Of a stretch of 64,000 bases of DNA, positions 27,411 through 40,600 are shown piece after piece. Location: the NCBI RefSeq assembly GCF_964355755.1, contig NC_092679.1:5362201-5426200 (forward strand), written 5' to 3'. Within the stretch, counting starts at the first letter, position 1, and each line of letters begins with the position of its first letter. This stretch comes from Antedon mediterranea (lineage: Eukaryota; Animalia; Echinodermata). The notes beneath the pieces were generated by a model. It searched no databases, was not told where the DNA came from, and saw nothing but the letters and a program-made list of their open reading frames with translations. The position numbers and the translations under genes are program-made.

Positions 27411-30400
27411 ATGGACGAGACCGACAACGATGTGTATGTCGACCAGCTGAAGGAAGTCTTTGACAGCTGTGATGTCAACAAGAATGGAACCTTAAATCGC
27501 AAAGAGCTAGCAGAGCTCTGCAAGAAGCTTCAGCTGGAAGATCAAATTGACAACCTCTTAGGAGAACTACTGGGGGATGCTCAAGATGGACAGGTACAGT
27601 TACTTATTCCAAAATAAGTTCTTTTATGCTTTTTTTGTTTAAATTGTTTGAAAATTCAAATTTAATATAAAAGATTCAAAATAACTCTCCTTGAGCAGGG
27701 GTAATGATTTTCTGAAAAGTACTGTATGTACAGTTAAAAAGAATTTGGGCCCTTTTAGGGGATTTTCATGGGGCCAGATCAGCTGCTTTAGAGTGTTATC
27801 CTCAGTAAAGCATCATGTTATTCAAGCTATTTGTGATTTCTCTTCACTTCTTTTAATGTAGGTTGATTTTGAAACATTCAAAGAAGGATTTGTAATGATC
27901 TTATCAGTCGATATGGACAGTATTGGAAATATGACAGACACGGAAGATGACCATAGCGTTGCTGATATACTAGATAATCAAGGTATAAAATGCAAATTCA
28001 AATATAACACTAAAGTTCAACATTTTAATAACATGAAGTAAACTTTATAATAAAGGTTCGGTTATAAAGATAGTCAATTACCCTCCAGAAATGATGGCAC
28101 CCCAAGGCACCATTTGAATTAAAGAATAGAGGCATCATTAGGGATGCATCAGTAAGTTAAAAATTGGAAAGGCTGAATTGATAAAGTAAAAACACATGTC
28201 TTATAATGATTGGTAGGTCATGAGTGAAAATGACATTAATTGTGTTTAATGATTTGTAAAAGGCATTTCCAGATGATGCAAGTACCAAACAGTATAATTT
28301 AAAAGTTAATCAGACTGATAGATTATTGACCTAGGTTGACCTCATCTCGTTATTCCAATATAGTTTCTTCTACTTCTTCATCTGTGAAATTAGAAACGTG
28401 TGGAATGTGAATTTTAGTCTCATGTATGAGTAGTTTTAGAAATGTGATATGTTTGATATCTTCAATGTTACTTTTTAATTAATATTAGCATTCCTACACT
28501 AGTCCTTGCTGTTCTAAAACAATACTGTACTGTATTTCACTTAAAACATAGAATTAATTTTTTTAAACTTTCTTGTAGGAGTACACCATGTAACTCCAAA
28601 ATATGTTAAGGGCGAGAAGAGATATGGTCGACGCTCTAGGCCAGATTTTGATCTTGACTATAGCGCCGATTTCTCCGAGATCGAATCTGAACCAATATCG
28701 CATAGAAGCAAGAAATCTGAGAGCAAACGCGAAATTAAACAAAATAGTAAAAAAAGAGATTTAATGGATGATAATGTTTTTAGTGAGAAAAGTGCTAAAC
28801 GAGACAAGTTTAAGGATGCCAGGACGTTATCATTTGCTGATAGTATTAGTGAGGTATGTGACTATTTTGGAATATAATATTTGTTTATGAAAAGATTCAA
28901 ATAGAACAGAAAAAAAAGTTTTCATTTTATTAAATTCTGTTGTCATATCTTAAGGATCAAGAAACACTGTTCACTTTTCTTCTTTTATATTTGTAGATGG
29001 AAGAAGACAACAAAAACATTCTTAACGATGATCTCTATGATCAAAAGGAAGAAGTACCAGATATTAATGTAGAGAGTGGAAGTAAGAAGTCTTTGCCACC
29101 AAAGAATGAAACATTTGAGGCTGAAGGTAAAGTATTTTAACGTGTCAACCAAACGTTAATGTGGTATTCTGGACCAGATATACACCATTGATTATCCTCA
29201 AACTTGAATAACAGCTTTTTTTCCTGAAATTTGTAAGGTACAGTTTCTTGGACAGTGAATCTGAATATGTTTACTATATTCCTTGTTGGACATTTGTCAA
29301 ATTTTTTATTCGCAAATCTTTGAAAATTCTCCACTGGATAATATGTCAAGTTAAAAACATATTTTTTCTTCTATTAATATTTCCAATTTCAACATAATAA
29401 TTACTTATTTGTATCATTCAGGTCAATTAAATGCTTCCATGGGCCAGTTTGAAATTGGGAGTCCAACGGATGAGGATCAAGTGCGAGCCATCTGGGAAGA
29501 AGTTGGAGTTGGGAAAGATGGATTCCTTAACTTGAAGGAACTTGCTTTAGTCTGTGAGCACATAGGAATGGAAGACATGGATGATGAGGTATCACTATTA
29601 GTTACAGTACAAAATGAATTATATGCAATTTATTATAACATTGTAAAATGAGTTACCAAATTTTCACATTCACATGATTCCAAATGTACTATATTACTGT
29701 ACGTAGCTAGAATATTTAGTGTACTGTATATAGCGATACAGTACTGTACAGTAATATGTAATAGAAACCCAAATGTGGACTCAGCTTCCATATAATGTAA
29801 ATTAATAATAATAAAATAATACATTTTTGTTGTAAATAGGAATTACAAAACCTTTATAATAAACTTGACCAAGATGACGATGGAAAAGTTGGTTTTCACG
29901 AATTTCTTGAGGGCCTGTTTCGACACGATAGCACCCGTGCCCCAACTACGCCACTTCCTGCCACTCTCTCAGCCACACAAAAGGTTAAGCTTCGAATGGC
30001 TGTTACTGGCAACTCAATGGAAGAGTCGATGCATCGAGCAGCAACGCCCTCAGTGGGTACGTTTCAGGGAAGCAATCTGCTGAGTATTTTAGATGCTGAT
30101 AATAGTGGGTATGTACTGAATTTCGGTGTTTTATAGAATGATTTTTTTAAATAAAAATGTTGAAAAGGCAAAGATGAAATTCCCTTTAATTTAAAATTAA
30201 CATAAAAATCAAAAGTGCAGTTCAGAATTGATGGTATACAAGAAATGTTTGTATTAAAAATGTAAGCAAAAATGTGGGTTTTGCTGTTAATACCAATAAA
30301 TCAGAGACATATGTTTTTATTGTATTTTATTAGATTAATTTTTCCATGCATACATCAAATTTTTAAGTATTGATTTTTTCATTGCAACTATTTGTCATCA

Positions 30401-33400
30401 GCGTGCTGTATTAATTAACAAAGAAAATAAAATCTATAAATATACCAATCCAATGCTTGTAAGTAATTAAAACCTAATTAGCATAACAATAGCCAGTATT
30501 CAGTGTATGCCAAACAGATGGAAGTCTATATCAGATTTCATGTCATATTTCTCAAAAAACATCCGAGCACAAGGATGAAATTATGTTTCGGAAGTATTTT
30601 TCCGACTTTTTACCAGTTTATCAGACAAGGAATTATAAGGAGAAAAGAAAAGAGTAGGTTTTCTGTTTCAATATTTTTTGTAGGTTTTCATGCTTCAGGG
30701 AATTTCAACGTGTTGTTTCTTTTTATGGTTTATTGCTAAAATATGCTGTGAATAGGTTTTGAAGCGTTAATTTTTACTACTTCTTAATTTGTTTAATGTA
30801 TGTGTTGATTTAAAGGTCAGGTGCGGGCAAAAAATTTCTATTAATCATACATTCCAATAATTATCGATCCATAGTTTCCCCTATGTTTCATAATTTTTGG
30901 GATTTTATTTGTGTTACACGAGCTTGTTGAAAATAAGCCCTTTCTTATCAGTGGGGGGATAGTTCAAATTACACAGTAAAATCTCTATTCTTTTGTACAC
31001 AAATTTTGTAAATAGAGAGGCATTTTTTAAAAAGCTCTGAAAAATAAATGGTGTGGTAAAAAATGTTATCCGAGACTAAATATAGGTAATATAACTTGAA
31101 TATTACATTTCTGATATTTTTATTCAACATCAGATTTTTATTTTCATGCTATAGCTAAAATTATCCACCGTATATCCACCATCTTTTTTCACCGTCTAGG
31201 GAGTCACCAGACATGTTATTACATTAGGTTAACTACCTAACTATTGAAAAAAAATCTTCCTGGTTTTTATTGAAGAATTTTGCCAAATTTTGTATTTGAC
31301 CATATTAAGGGAAATTCATGTTTATTTCATTTCGATTTCTGTTACAAATATTTGATTTATGTACTATTAACCAAATATTATATTTAAAATTCATGCCTGT
31401 ACCTGAGCTTTAAGTTTACCATCTTGGGGAGACTCTAAACTATATTCAGGGAGGTATACCTTTTCTGCTATCGGTGTAATTTTATAACAATATTTCATAA
31501 ATAATTAATTTTAATAGTAGTTTCTTAAATATTAAATTAGAGATATTTAATATTAAACGTTTGTATTTTTACCAGGTATGTCACTCAAGATAGTCTCACA
31601 GAACATTGGGAACAACAAGGGATACAAAATACCCCTGAAGTACTCAAGGTTGGTCTAAGTTCACATAACCATTCCTTGTGATGTGTTTATTTTTAAACTG
31701 ATGTAGGCATCATTCTCTCACCTGGTATATCCAAACTATTATTAAAGTAATATCAATAAACCTGACCCGAAACCTACCATACTATCCAACATGTTAAACT
31801 TTACTTTAACCACATTTAGAACCTTTTATCAAAATCATTCAAAAGGTTGTTTTAATCTTTAAAAATTAAATGTTTGTATTTTTTGCATTTGTATTTCATC
31901 CCTTTTGTGTCGTACTGTCTGTTTTACCCATTTTATTATGTTTTTATATGTGACAAGCAAGACACATTTTGAGCCATGACAATTTTGATAAATAATAATT
32001 GAGGGATAAATTAATTAATTTGTTAATAAATATAGAATCTGGACATTGACACAGAAGCAGGGAAGATCAACATCTCAGAACTGTCTATGGCTCTTGAACA
32101 TGTACTTGTGACAACAGGTGACAATGATGGAATCTACCAAGCAGCTCTCACAAGCTATCAGATTGAACTTAAACACCTCAAGTAAGACTACAATGTCTCT
32201 CTTTTACATCCTTTTTAAATTCATTTTATGAGAGCATTACTTCCATAAAATCCTGAAACAACTAAATCTTATTGGATTTTTTTTTCCTGCAGGAATCAAC
32301 TAGATGCGTCCATAGATGAGAACAACAAGCTGAAGACTGATGTAGCAGAACTGCATCAGCGTGGAAATATACTGGCGGCCGAAGTTGATGATAGACATGC
32401 ACATTTGGAGAAATCAAATGAAAACAAATTAAGGTAACATTATCTGTTGATGAAACTGGTAAAGCGGGTGTTCAAGGTAATGCCCGAGTGGTGAAAGTCA
32501 TGCTTAGAATGAAGACAAACAATAGATGATTATAATACTGTAATCAAATTAAAATGTCTTCTTAATAAGAATCGTGTGGTAATGGTAGCAATTTTCTTGC
32601 AGAGACGAAAGATTGAGAAACCAGGAAAAGATGACACTTTTACAGAGTGCAATTGAGAAAGAAAGAGAAATGATGACAAGTCAGGCTGCAAAACAAAAAC
32701 AAAAGCTAGAAGATGAAATTGACCGATTGAAAGCAGAGGAAACTGGTCTCAGAGAGAAAGTTACAATTTTACAGAAGGTAATAATTTTATACTTTAGAAA
32801 TTACCTTTAATCTTTGAGTATTAACAATAAATCATTATAGTGCATATATTTCTACATGCTTATTTTTATTTACAGGAAAATCTTCGAATGGAAAAAGATA
32901 TTGGAGAATATTCAGAGAGGCTAGGTGTGTTAAAAAAAGTGAATCAGAAGTTACAAAAAGAAGTGGATGGGTTTCAGGAATTAGAAGCAAGGGTAAATAG
33001 AAATACTCTTAAATAGATTTTCACATTTCCTGTTTTGGGGATAATACAGTATTCTAGTATTTTTTTGTGTAAAATCATGTTATTTTTTAGCTTGCTGAAT
33101 GGGAGTCAAGTCGAGCTAATATGACTAAAGAACAACAGGATTATTACGAGCAACAAATTAGAGATTTTCAGCAACAAAACAGGGTTAGTAAAAAGATTAA
33201 TATTAGTAGTTCCTTGGAAAAAATGTGTCAATCTAATGTCACAAGATGAATATCAATAAAATCAGGAATATAGACCAAGTTTGTTTAATTCTTAGATGTC
33301 CATATTATCAGTAAGTTGTTATTTCTTTTTTTTGCACTGTGATTATGTATTCTTACCATATTTCTTCAGGAGATGCAAGATCGTCTGGATGAGGTTCACC

Positions 33401-36400
33401 AGGAACTATCCATTACCAAACAGCAATCAGTTGAGAAGAAGGTCCGTCGTAAAGGAAGCCGTTTAAAAGATACCAATAAACCCAATAGGCTTGGATCTGT
33501 CTTATCGGATTATACTAAACCAGTTGTGGTCAAAAGAAGACAGTCATCATCAGGTTAGTGGAGATGTTAAGCTTCAATACATATACAGTATTTGTTGGCA
33601 GTGTTGATTGGACAATTAACCATTGGATTTAAACTTTTCCAACAGAAAATGAATCCGATATTGAGGATTCATCAAGTGGAACTACCAGAAGGCAGCTTCC
33701 TGTCGCTCTAAGATCAACTGGAGATGGAGGGTCCACAGAGGGAGAGGATCCAAAGATGGATATGGAACGTAAGTATGCTATGTTATTTATAAACTAAATC
33801 TTCATTATTCTTTTATAATTTAAAGTTATACCTAAATTTATTTTTCTTCTTTTGGCAGGAGCCAAATTTGAAGCTGAAATTGATGAATTAAAGGAGAAAC
33901 AAAGTAGAGAGATTCTAGAAATTCGCAAAAACAGTGAACGGGAACGACGTGACATTGAGACACAATTCAAACTGGAAATTACCGAATTGGAGGATAACTT
34001 TGAAAAAGAGCGTGAAGAAATAATGAATGATTTTGACAAAGAGAAATTAATCATTCAAAATAGTCATGCAAAAGAGGTTGAAGAGAAATTACGTAAAATA
34101 AGAACCGATTTGAAAGATAAGTTTCAGAAAGAGAAAGAGGATCTTGAACAGAAACATGTGAAAGAAATTAAAATTCAGGTTAAGAAAGTTCAAGAAGACA
34201 TGAAAAAAGAAAAGGTTGAGCTTGAGAACCTTCTGAAATCTGAAAAATCAGAAATTGGAGAAAACTTAGTCAAAGAGCGTAATAATACAGATGAAAAGCT
34301 GAGGAAATTACGGGAAGAGCTTGAACGCAAGTACAATGAGGATGTTGAAAGATTAAAGGAACAATTCCTTCAGGAAAAATCTGAGATTCTTAAAGATTAT
34401 GAACGTAGAATTGCTCAATTAGAACTTGAGTTGAAGAAATCTGAAGAAGCAAACAAGATTGATAAAGAACATATGGTCAATAATATGCAGAAAGAGCGAG
34501 AAGAATACATAGAATTGTCCGAATTTGATAAAGCCGAACTTTCAAACAGTTTCATGGAGGAAAAAGAAGAACTAATAGGAAGGCACAAACAAGAGATAGA
34601 TCAGATGGAAAAAGAATTGTTAGAAAGAGTGCGGAATCAAACAGTAGATTTAGAGGAAAAATATGCCATGGATTTACAAATACAAAAAGAAGATATTCAA
34701 CAAGAAACTGAGAGGCGGGTACATCGCGAATTGAAGGTATGAAACTAATTAATTATACATGAAGGAGCATAAGTCGGTATTATCAAACGTAGTACAGTAC
34801 TTAGTACATTTTAAATATTTGTAATGTTGCATTACTTTTACAGGAAGAAATTGAGAAGACATATGCAGAGAAAATGATGCAAGTAAAGGAAGCGTATGAG
34901 ATAGAAAAGAGCGGTCTTGAAATGCAGAATGAGGTTCTTAGTGATAAGCTTCGACGAGTAAGTAGTACTTTTGCTATATTTACAAAAAAAATACAATCCT
35001 GGAGTATAATATAATGAAGAATCTGAGAGACAGATTAGATTTATAATGTTGTAATGTAATTGAATGTAGAACCAAATGCTATATAGTTACTGTAAGTATC
35101 TATGCCTTTTCTAAAAGTGCGAACTTGGGTTTTCATTTAAGAAATAATAATTTAAAACTTTCAAACAGGAAGGAGAAATCAGGACTGTTGAAATGGTTCC
35201 TACTTCTACTCAAACTAATAAAACAGATTTGGTAAATTGTAGCATACAAACTGTTAATGATATCAAAGAACAAGGTAGTCAAACCAACTCACAACCTTGT
35301 ACAATAGAATCTGCTGTTCAGACAGATGCAAAAAACAATGGGGACACTAAGAAATGCCAAACTGTGTATAAGGAGGATATGGTAGACATCTTTACACAGG
35401 TTTCAGATATAGACTTTGATAATGAGTCATGTTTTGTGACTCATGCAAGTCAAACTGATGCTGTGCAGTTAGAGGACGGATGGTGTCAACATCAATCAGA
35501 ACCCACTCTTTATCAAGTATATAATGCTAATTTGCAATATTTGGTTCATTTACAGCACACATAAAGATAGTGAGCACCATATAATCTAGAAATACTGTAT
35601 GCTTACTTAGTTCACTCAACATTTGTTTACTAACACTAACAGTTAGAAACATGCATTAATTTTGTTTAATTGGTTATTTGATTTTGTTTTTCCTAAATTT
35701 ATTCTGCTTAAGTTTTTAGTGGTGTCATCCAGTATCTGCTTCTAGTGTAATATCTATGTGGAAGGATCAAGCTTTTCCGATCCTCAAAATAACATTATTT
35801 TTTTATTGCATTTATTGCATTAATAATTTTTTTTTAAAGCGGTTATTAAAGGGTTTACTATAATTGTTAGTGGATGATACTAATGAAAGTTGGTGTAAAA
35901 TTGTATTTAGTTAATTATAATATAAGTTTATTATTAAGTTGTTTCTCAATTTATTGTTAATTTATGTTATGTTGTTTTTAGGCTGAAGTTTCTAAAGAAG
36001 AAGCTATTGTAGCAGTGAATCTAAAAACTCAACAGTCTGCTCAATCATTTGACCAGGTTTGTTTTTTCCCATTATCAACTGATTTATTCTAATAATATAG
36101 CTAAAATACAGTATATTGTAACCTTAAAACAAATAATGTTTCATGTCGTATATAAAGCCTGGTTCCCTCTAACTACAAAAATAAAAGTGATTTGACACAA
36201 GCTCTCGATGATATAGCTTTTCAGCAGAGGAGTGGTTGCTTTTGATAAGGTCCTGTCTTGAATTTGCATTAGATCCTCCTTAAATCTGAATATAATCTAA
36301 AATAATATAATACAGCACTGTCCACATTGTAATCAGGCACGAATGGCATTTGCACGTGAGAAGCTTCTTAATGAGAGAACGATTGGATCGTTAGAAGAAC

Positions 36401-37951
36401 AACTTGAAACTACAAATAATAACTTGCAAGAAACATTAGTACAGTATTTTGAGTATGAGGTTAGCCTTAAGCAGTTGACTTTAAATTGGTTCATTTGATG
36501 GGATTTTTCTCTTGTTTTTTGGTTAATATAATACTGGACAATACCTCTATAAATTATTATTTGTTCTTTTCCCTCCCATTTCAAATTCATTTATATATAT
36601 TTTTTTGCATTCTTTTCAGGTATTTTTAATGTTTTTTAATTATTATTCTTAATAATAGTAACTGTATAAATTTACATACAGATCATAAAAATAAACAAAT
36701 CTAAATAAGATATGTTATTAAGAATTATGTGTTTATTACAGGCCAAGACTAAATCATTGGAGGATGAACTTGGGAAGTTGAGAGATGAATTAAAACAGTC
36801 AAGTAAAAAGGTAAAGTAAATTAAAATAAATTTTGTTGGCCTCTACCCAAGGAAATAGATCACCTTCTTGCAAAGTTGTTTGAATCATGGTACTACTGCA
36901 GTATTACATGACACATCAATTATTCAATCACCAGCAATGTAATTCACCTTTTAAAAGAAATGGTTTTTGTTTTTACAGCTTACTGAAAGCCAGATCACAG
37001 TATCAGTACTCGAGTCACAGCATATGCGTGAGTTGCAGCGCTTACGAGGCAAACAAGACCTAGCCATTCAAGATGAGCTTGGTCAGTTACGAACCAAGCT
37101 TATCGAGAAAGAGGTGAAGCTAAAAGAATCAGAGAAACAATTACAGGAACATCAGAGAGAAAGAGATAAAATTGAAGAAAAAGTGAGAGAAGAATGTGTA
37201 AAAGAAACAATAATGTTGAAACAGAATTCTCGGGACTTAGAGAAGAAATATAAAAAGAATCGTAAACTACTGGATGAGTATGTAAAGCAGCTTAAAGAAA
37301 CGGTAAATTTTTTTAATAAACTTATTGTTGTACTCTAAAGTAATACTGTATAATAATAAATTCATGTTTGTTGAAACCATAAAAACAGTAAAAATTTGGT
37401 TATGAAATATTAGTTCTTTTACATTATGGCCCTAAGTTTAGTTATTTATTTGTTATTTTATTGTCTTGTTAATTCTGTGTGTTATTTTTTTAAACACAAA
37501 TGTTTGCCATAGACAATCCTCACAAAGTACAGTCCGGTACGTAATGTCTCAGGCAAAAGTATACAAAATAATATGAAAGGGAAAAAAAATATAATTAAGC
37601 TAAAAACAGCCAGTTACCAATCTTGAATGAATGAATATTATTTTCATTTATTTTAATTTGTTATTAGCCATGACACTATCAAGCATGAGAATGTCATGGT
37701 TTAATAAGTAGAATATTTGAAACAAGAATGTCACTTGTATGTTTTTAACTTTCTTTCTTTTCCAGTTAACCAAGTCAGCAAAAAGTGGCACAATGGTGAA
37801 AGATCTTTATCTGGAAAATTCCAAATTACAGCAGGCATTGTACACAACAGAAGAACGACAAAAAAAGGCTGAAAAGAACAGTTACGAATTGATGGAAAAG
37901 AACAAAGCTTATTATAGATTACTAAAAAAAGTATGTCCTGCAGCTCTCTAA
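27411..37951 (+). CDS. NINL: Ninein / ninein-like centrosomal dynein adaptor (EF-hand pairs + long coiled coil), about 22 coding exons
   Basis: MDETDNDVYVDQLKEVFDSCD...VDFETFKEGFVMILS, PKYVKGEKRYGRRSRP, EF hand DQDDDGKVGFHEF and C-terminal KDLYLENSKLQQALYTTEERQKKAEK...KVCPAAL match the NIN/NINL family, with ends closer to NINL. Exons: 27411-27593, 27862-27982, 28579-28853, 28997-29126, 29422-29588, 29840-30108, 31576-31648, 32036-32181, 32293-32433, 32603-32777, 32876-32992, 33091-33183, 33370-33553, 33646-33768, 33859-34736, 34844-34957, 35169-35516, 35982-36056, 36316/36337-36459, 36742-36810, 36979-37302, 37766-37951. Confidence 0.9.
30810..31413. mobile_element. Kolobok-type MITE, family B (TTAA TSD)
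   Basis: TTAA-AGGTCAGGTGCGGGCA ... TGCCTGTACCTGAGCT-TTAA, imperfect TIR. Confidence 0.65.
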
Positions 37952-39983
37952 GAAGTTACACATTGCACTAGGTCATTAGCTCTCAGAGACTTTTGAAATT
38001 GCTACAATGGTGAAGTTCTTTCTATAAAATTTATAAAGTACAAACACATGAACATTCATAGATATTGGTGCTCTTTGCTATAAAGACTAGCAATAATTAT
38101 GAATAAATTTATTTAATATAAATTATAATAAAGAATGAAATTGTAATTAGTGTCTAATTATGTTGCTTCCTACTTGTATGTCAAATAATGATACGCACAA
38201 CTTAATTAGATACACTTGTCCAAGGAAAACTGCATATAATATTTTACAAATGAATTTAAAATATGGAATTTATATTTCTGAAATATAAACTTAAAATTTT
38301 GTTTTGTAATCCATTTTTATATTGTTGTATAAGTTTCATTGTACAGAAGTATTCAGTACTCTTGTTATATATATTTTAAGTTGGACTTTTTGTAACATGT
38401 TAAGTATTTTAAGCAAAGTTTTGTGCCTCTTAAGTTTAAACACTGCAAGTTATGTTCATACAATGTTTGTATGAATTATAGTATCTTTCTACTTTTTATT
38501 GAAGCTTCATGTAAATGAAGGTTCCCTAATACAAAATATTTTTGTCTGGTCTCACATTGTATTTAACCTATTAAAGAAAGTATTATAATTATGGTCATTC
38601 CAATGTAAATAAACTTTAAAATATTTATCAAAAGAAATTGGTTAATTACATCCAATTGGTACAATCCGTCCTTTATTCTAACCTTGATGTAATACTGTAT
38701 TATCTTATTCCTCAGGAAACTAAATATATTATATAGTTTATTATTAAACTGGCATTTAATTGCTTTAAAACAGTGTATTATAATAGATTTTTTATTGAAA
38801 TACATTTTGACTGTCTAAGTTTGTACTATTTTTAGAAAATATTGTGGTCATCAAAAACATTATGTTAAACATTTGACCATCATGAAATGATTAGTTATTG
38901 TATAATTCGTATAGTTTTTTGTGTTTCTTAAAATCTGTTTAGATTTTTCATTGATCTTGGTTTACATGCAGAATGATATAATTCTCTGACATACATAATT
39001 CAAGTGCTACTACAGCCACACATCACCTTGTTGTTAGTTTAACTGACATTTCAAATAAAAATGCTTATTATATTATACTAATTTTTTATATTAAACTCAG
39101 TCAACATATTCAGAACTTTTATTTCTTTGTATGAAGTTTTTTTATGTTTTCTACAAAAAATTATTTATAATAAATGCTATGTTTTTATTGCAATTAGTTG
39201 ACTCATTTTTGTTTTGAATAGTCACTTTCACAAGATACTCATGCATATGTGGTTTGATGGTGTATATTTTTTGAGTAGTAATGGAAATGAAATAGCCTTG
39301 ACATGATGTGCGCAGTGGCCTTTATAAAAAGACCTCACATCAAATACGATTGACTGACATTATAGGGGCATGAGGGTCAACCAGAACCATTGCTATCACC
39401 AAGTTTGGTCGTTGACCAGATAGGCCTGACCATACCGCCCTGCTCTAGAGGAGTTGAGCCTTTGGGCGATAGATCTGGACTTAGCCTAGTCTATCTAGCC
39501 TAGCTTGGTCTATTACGCCTAGAACATTTAGGCCTACTCACCACGCATCACAATCATGTTAGTGTCAGACTTCCGTGTTCCAGACAGACATCTCTTTTCC
39601 GGCCCTCGTTATTTTAAAAATCCTAGATTATATTGAATTTATAACAATTCTTTTCTCCATCGGTTATGCCTAGCCTAGTAATAGTAGGCCACGCGACCAC
39701 CACGAAGTTTTTCAAAGTCAAGCGCGAAAGCTTTCATCCGGGCCTCCTCGAAGTGCCCTAATCTGATTGGCTGGAACTTCTTTATCGCTGAAAATCGCTT
39801 CAAGAGCAATTCGCAGCATATTTTTAAAAAGTACCGTGGTTTGTTTGTGTATGGTCGCTTTAATTAATTTACATCAGCTACCGGTTTATTGTTATAATAC
39901 TATGTATATGAACTTGTGGAATCGGGCCTACAGAATTTTGCACTATAGAAACCAAATTCATAATATAAAAATAACGCTTAAAA

Positions 39984-40026
39984 GAGAACGACGTTTCGAC
40001 TCCATCATGGGGTCATTATCAAGTCC
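39984..40026 (-). ncRNA. Variant minimal hammerhead ribozyme motif (PLE-type)
   Basis: GGA-CTTGATAAT-GACCCCA-TGA-TGGAGTC-GAAAC-GTC-GTTC. Core is non-canonical; helix II and the GAAAC/GUC site are present. Confidence 0.55.
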
Positions 40027-40600
40027 AATGAATAAAATATAAAACAACTAATTAAGTAGCACAAGCCAAGGGTCAAAGTTTAAATAACAAAAGACCTATT
40101 GTCTAACATCCTGTCAAATGAAAAGCTTAGCTTTTACAGAGTCACTTTGTTTATTCAGACTAGGTTTTAATTGTCTGATATACAACATTTCATAGATAAG
40201 ACAGTCAAATTTGTTTACTAAAACATGAATTAATTTTACTGGGATTAACAATCACTTTATGATCCTTCAAATGCTGTCCTATTAAGCATCTACTATGTTC
40301 AACAATGCGTTGGTAGAGGTGTCGGCATGTATATCCAACATAACTTGCATCGCACAAGTCACATTTAAATTTATACACAACACATTGTTGACTTATAATA
40401 GCTGGTTTCTTTTCGACTTTCCTAATGTTATCTTTAACTTTTTTGCTTATGAATACAGGGACAATGTTTTTGTTTATCTTGTGACTTAGTTGGCATAGTT
40501 GTCGCTTGACGGAGTTCGCAGATTTCTGGTCTTTGAATGGCAGAATGATTCGCACTGGTATTTCGGATAGATCTGTTTCATCTTCTGCAGTGTTGAAACC
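39984..40600 (-). mobile_element. Penelope-like retroelement 3' fragment (GIY-YIG endonuclease, frameshifted) with a terminal hammerhead-like motif
   Basis: RIILPFKDQKSANSVKRQL...CVVYKFKCDLCDASYVGYTCRHLYQRIVEH, then after a frameshift KFDCLIYEMLYIRQLKPSLNKQSDSVKAKLFI* (stop 40114-40116). This is a typical PLE C-terminus. Confidence 0.88.
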
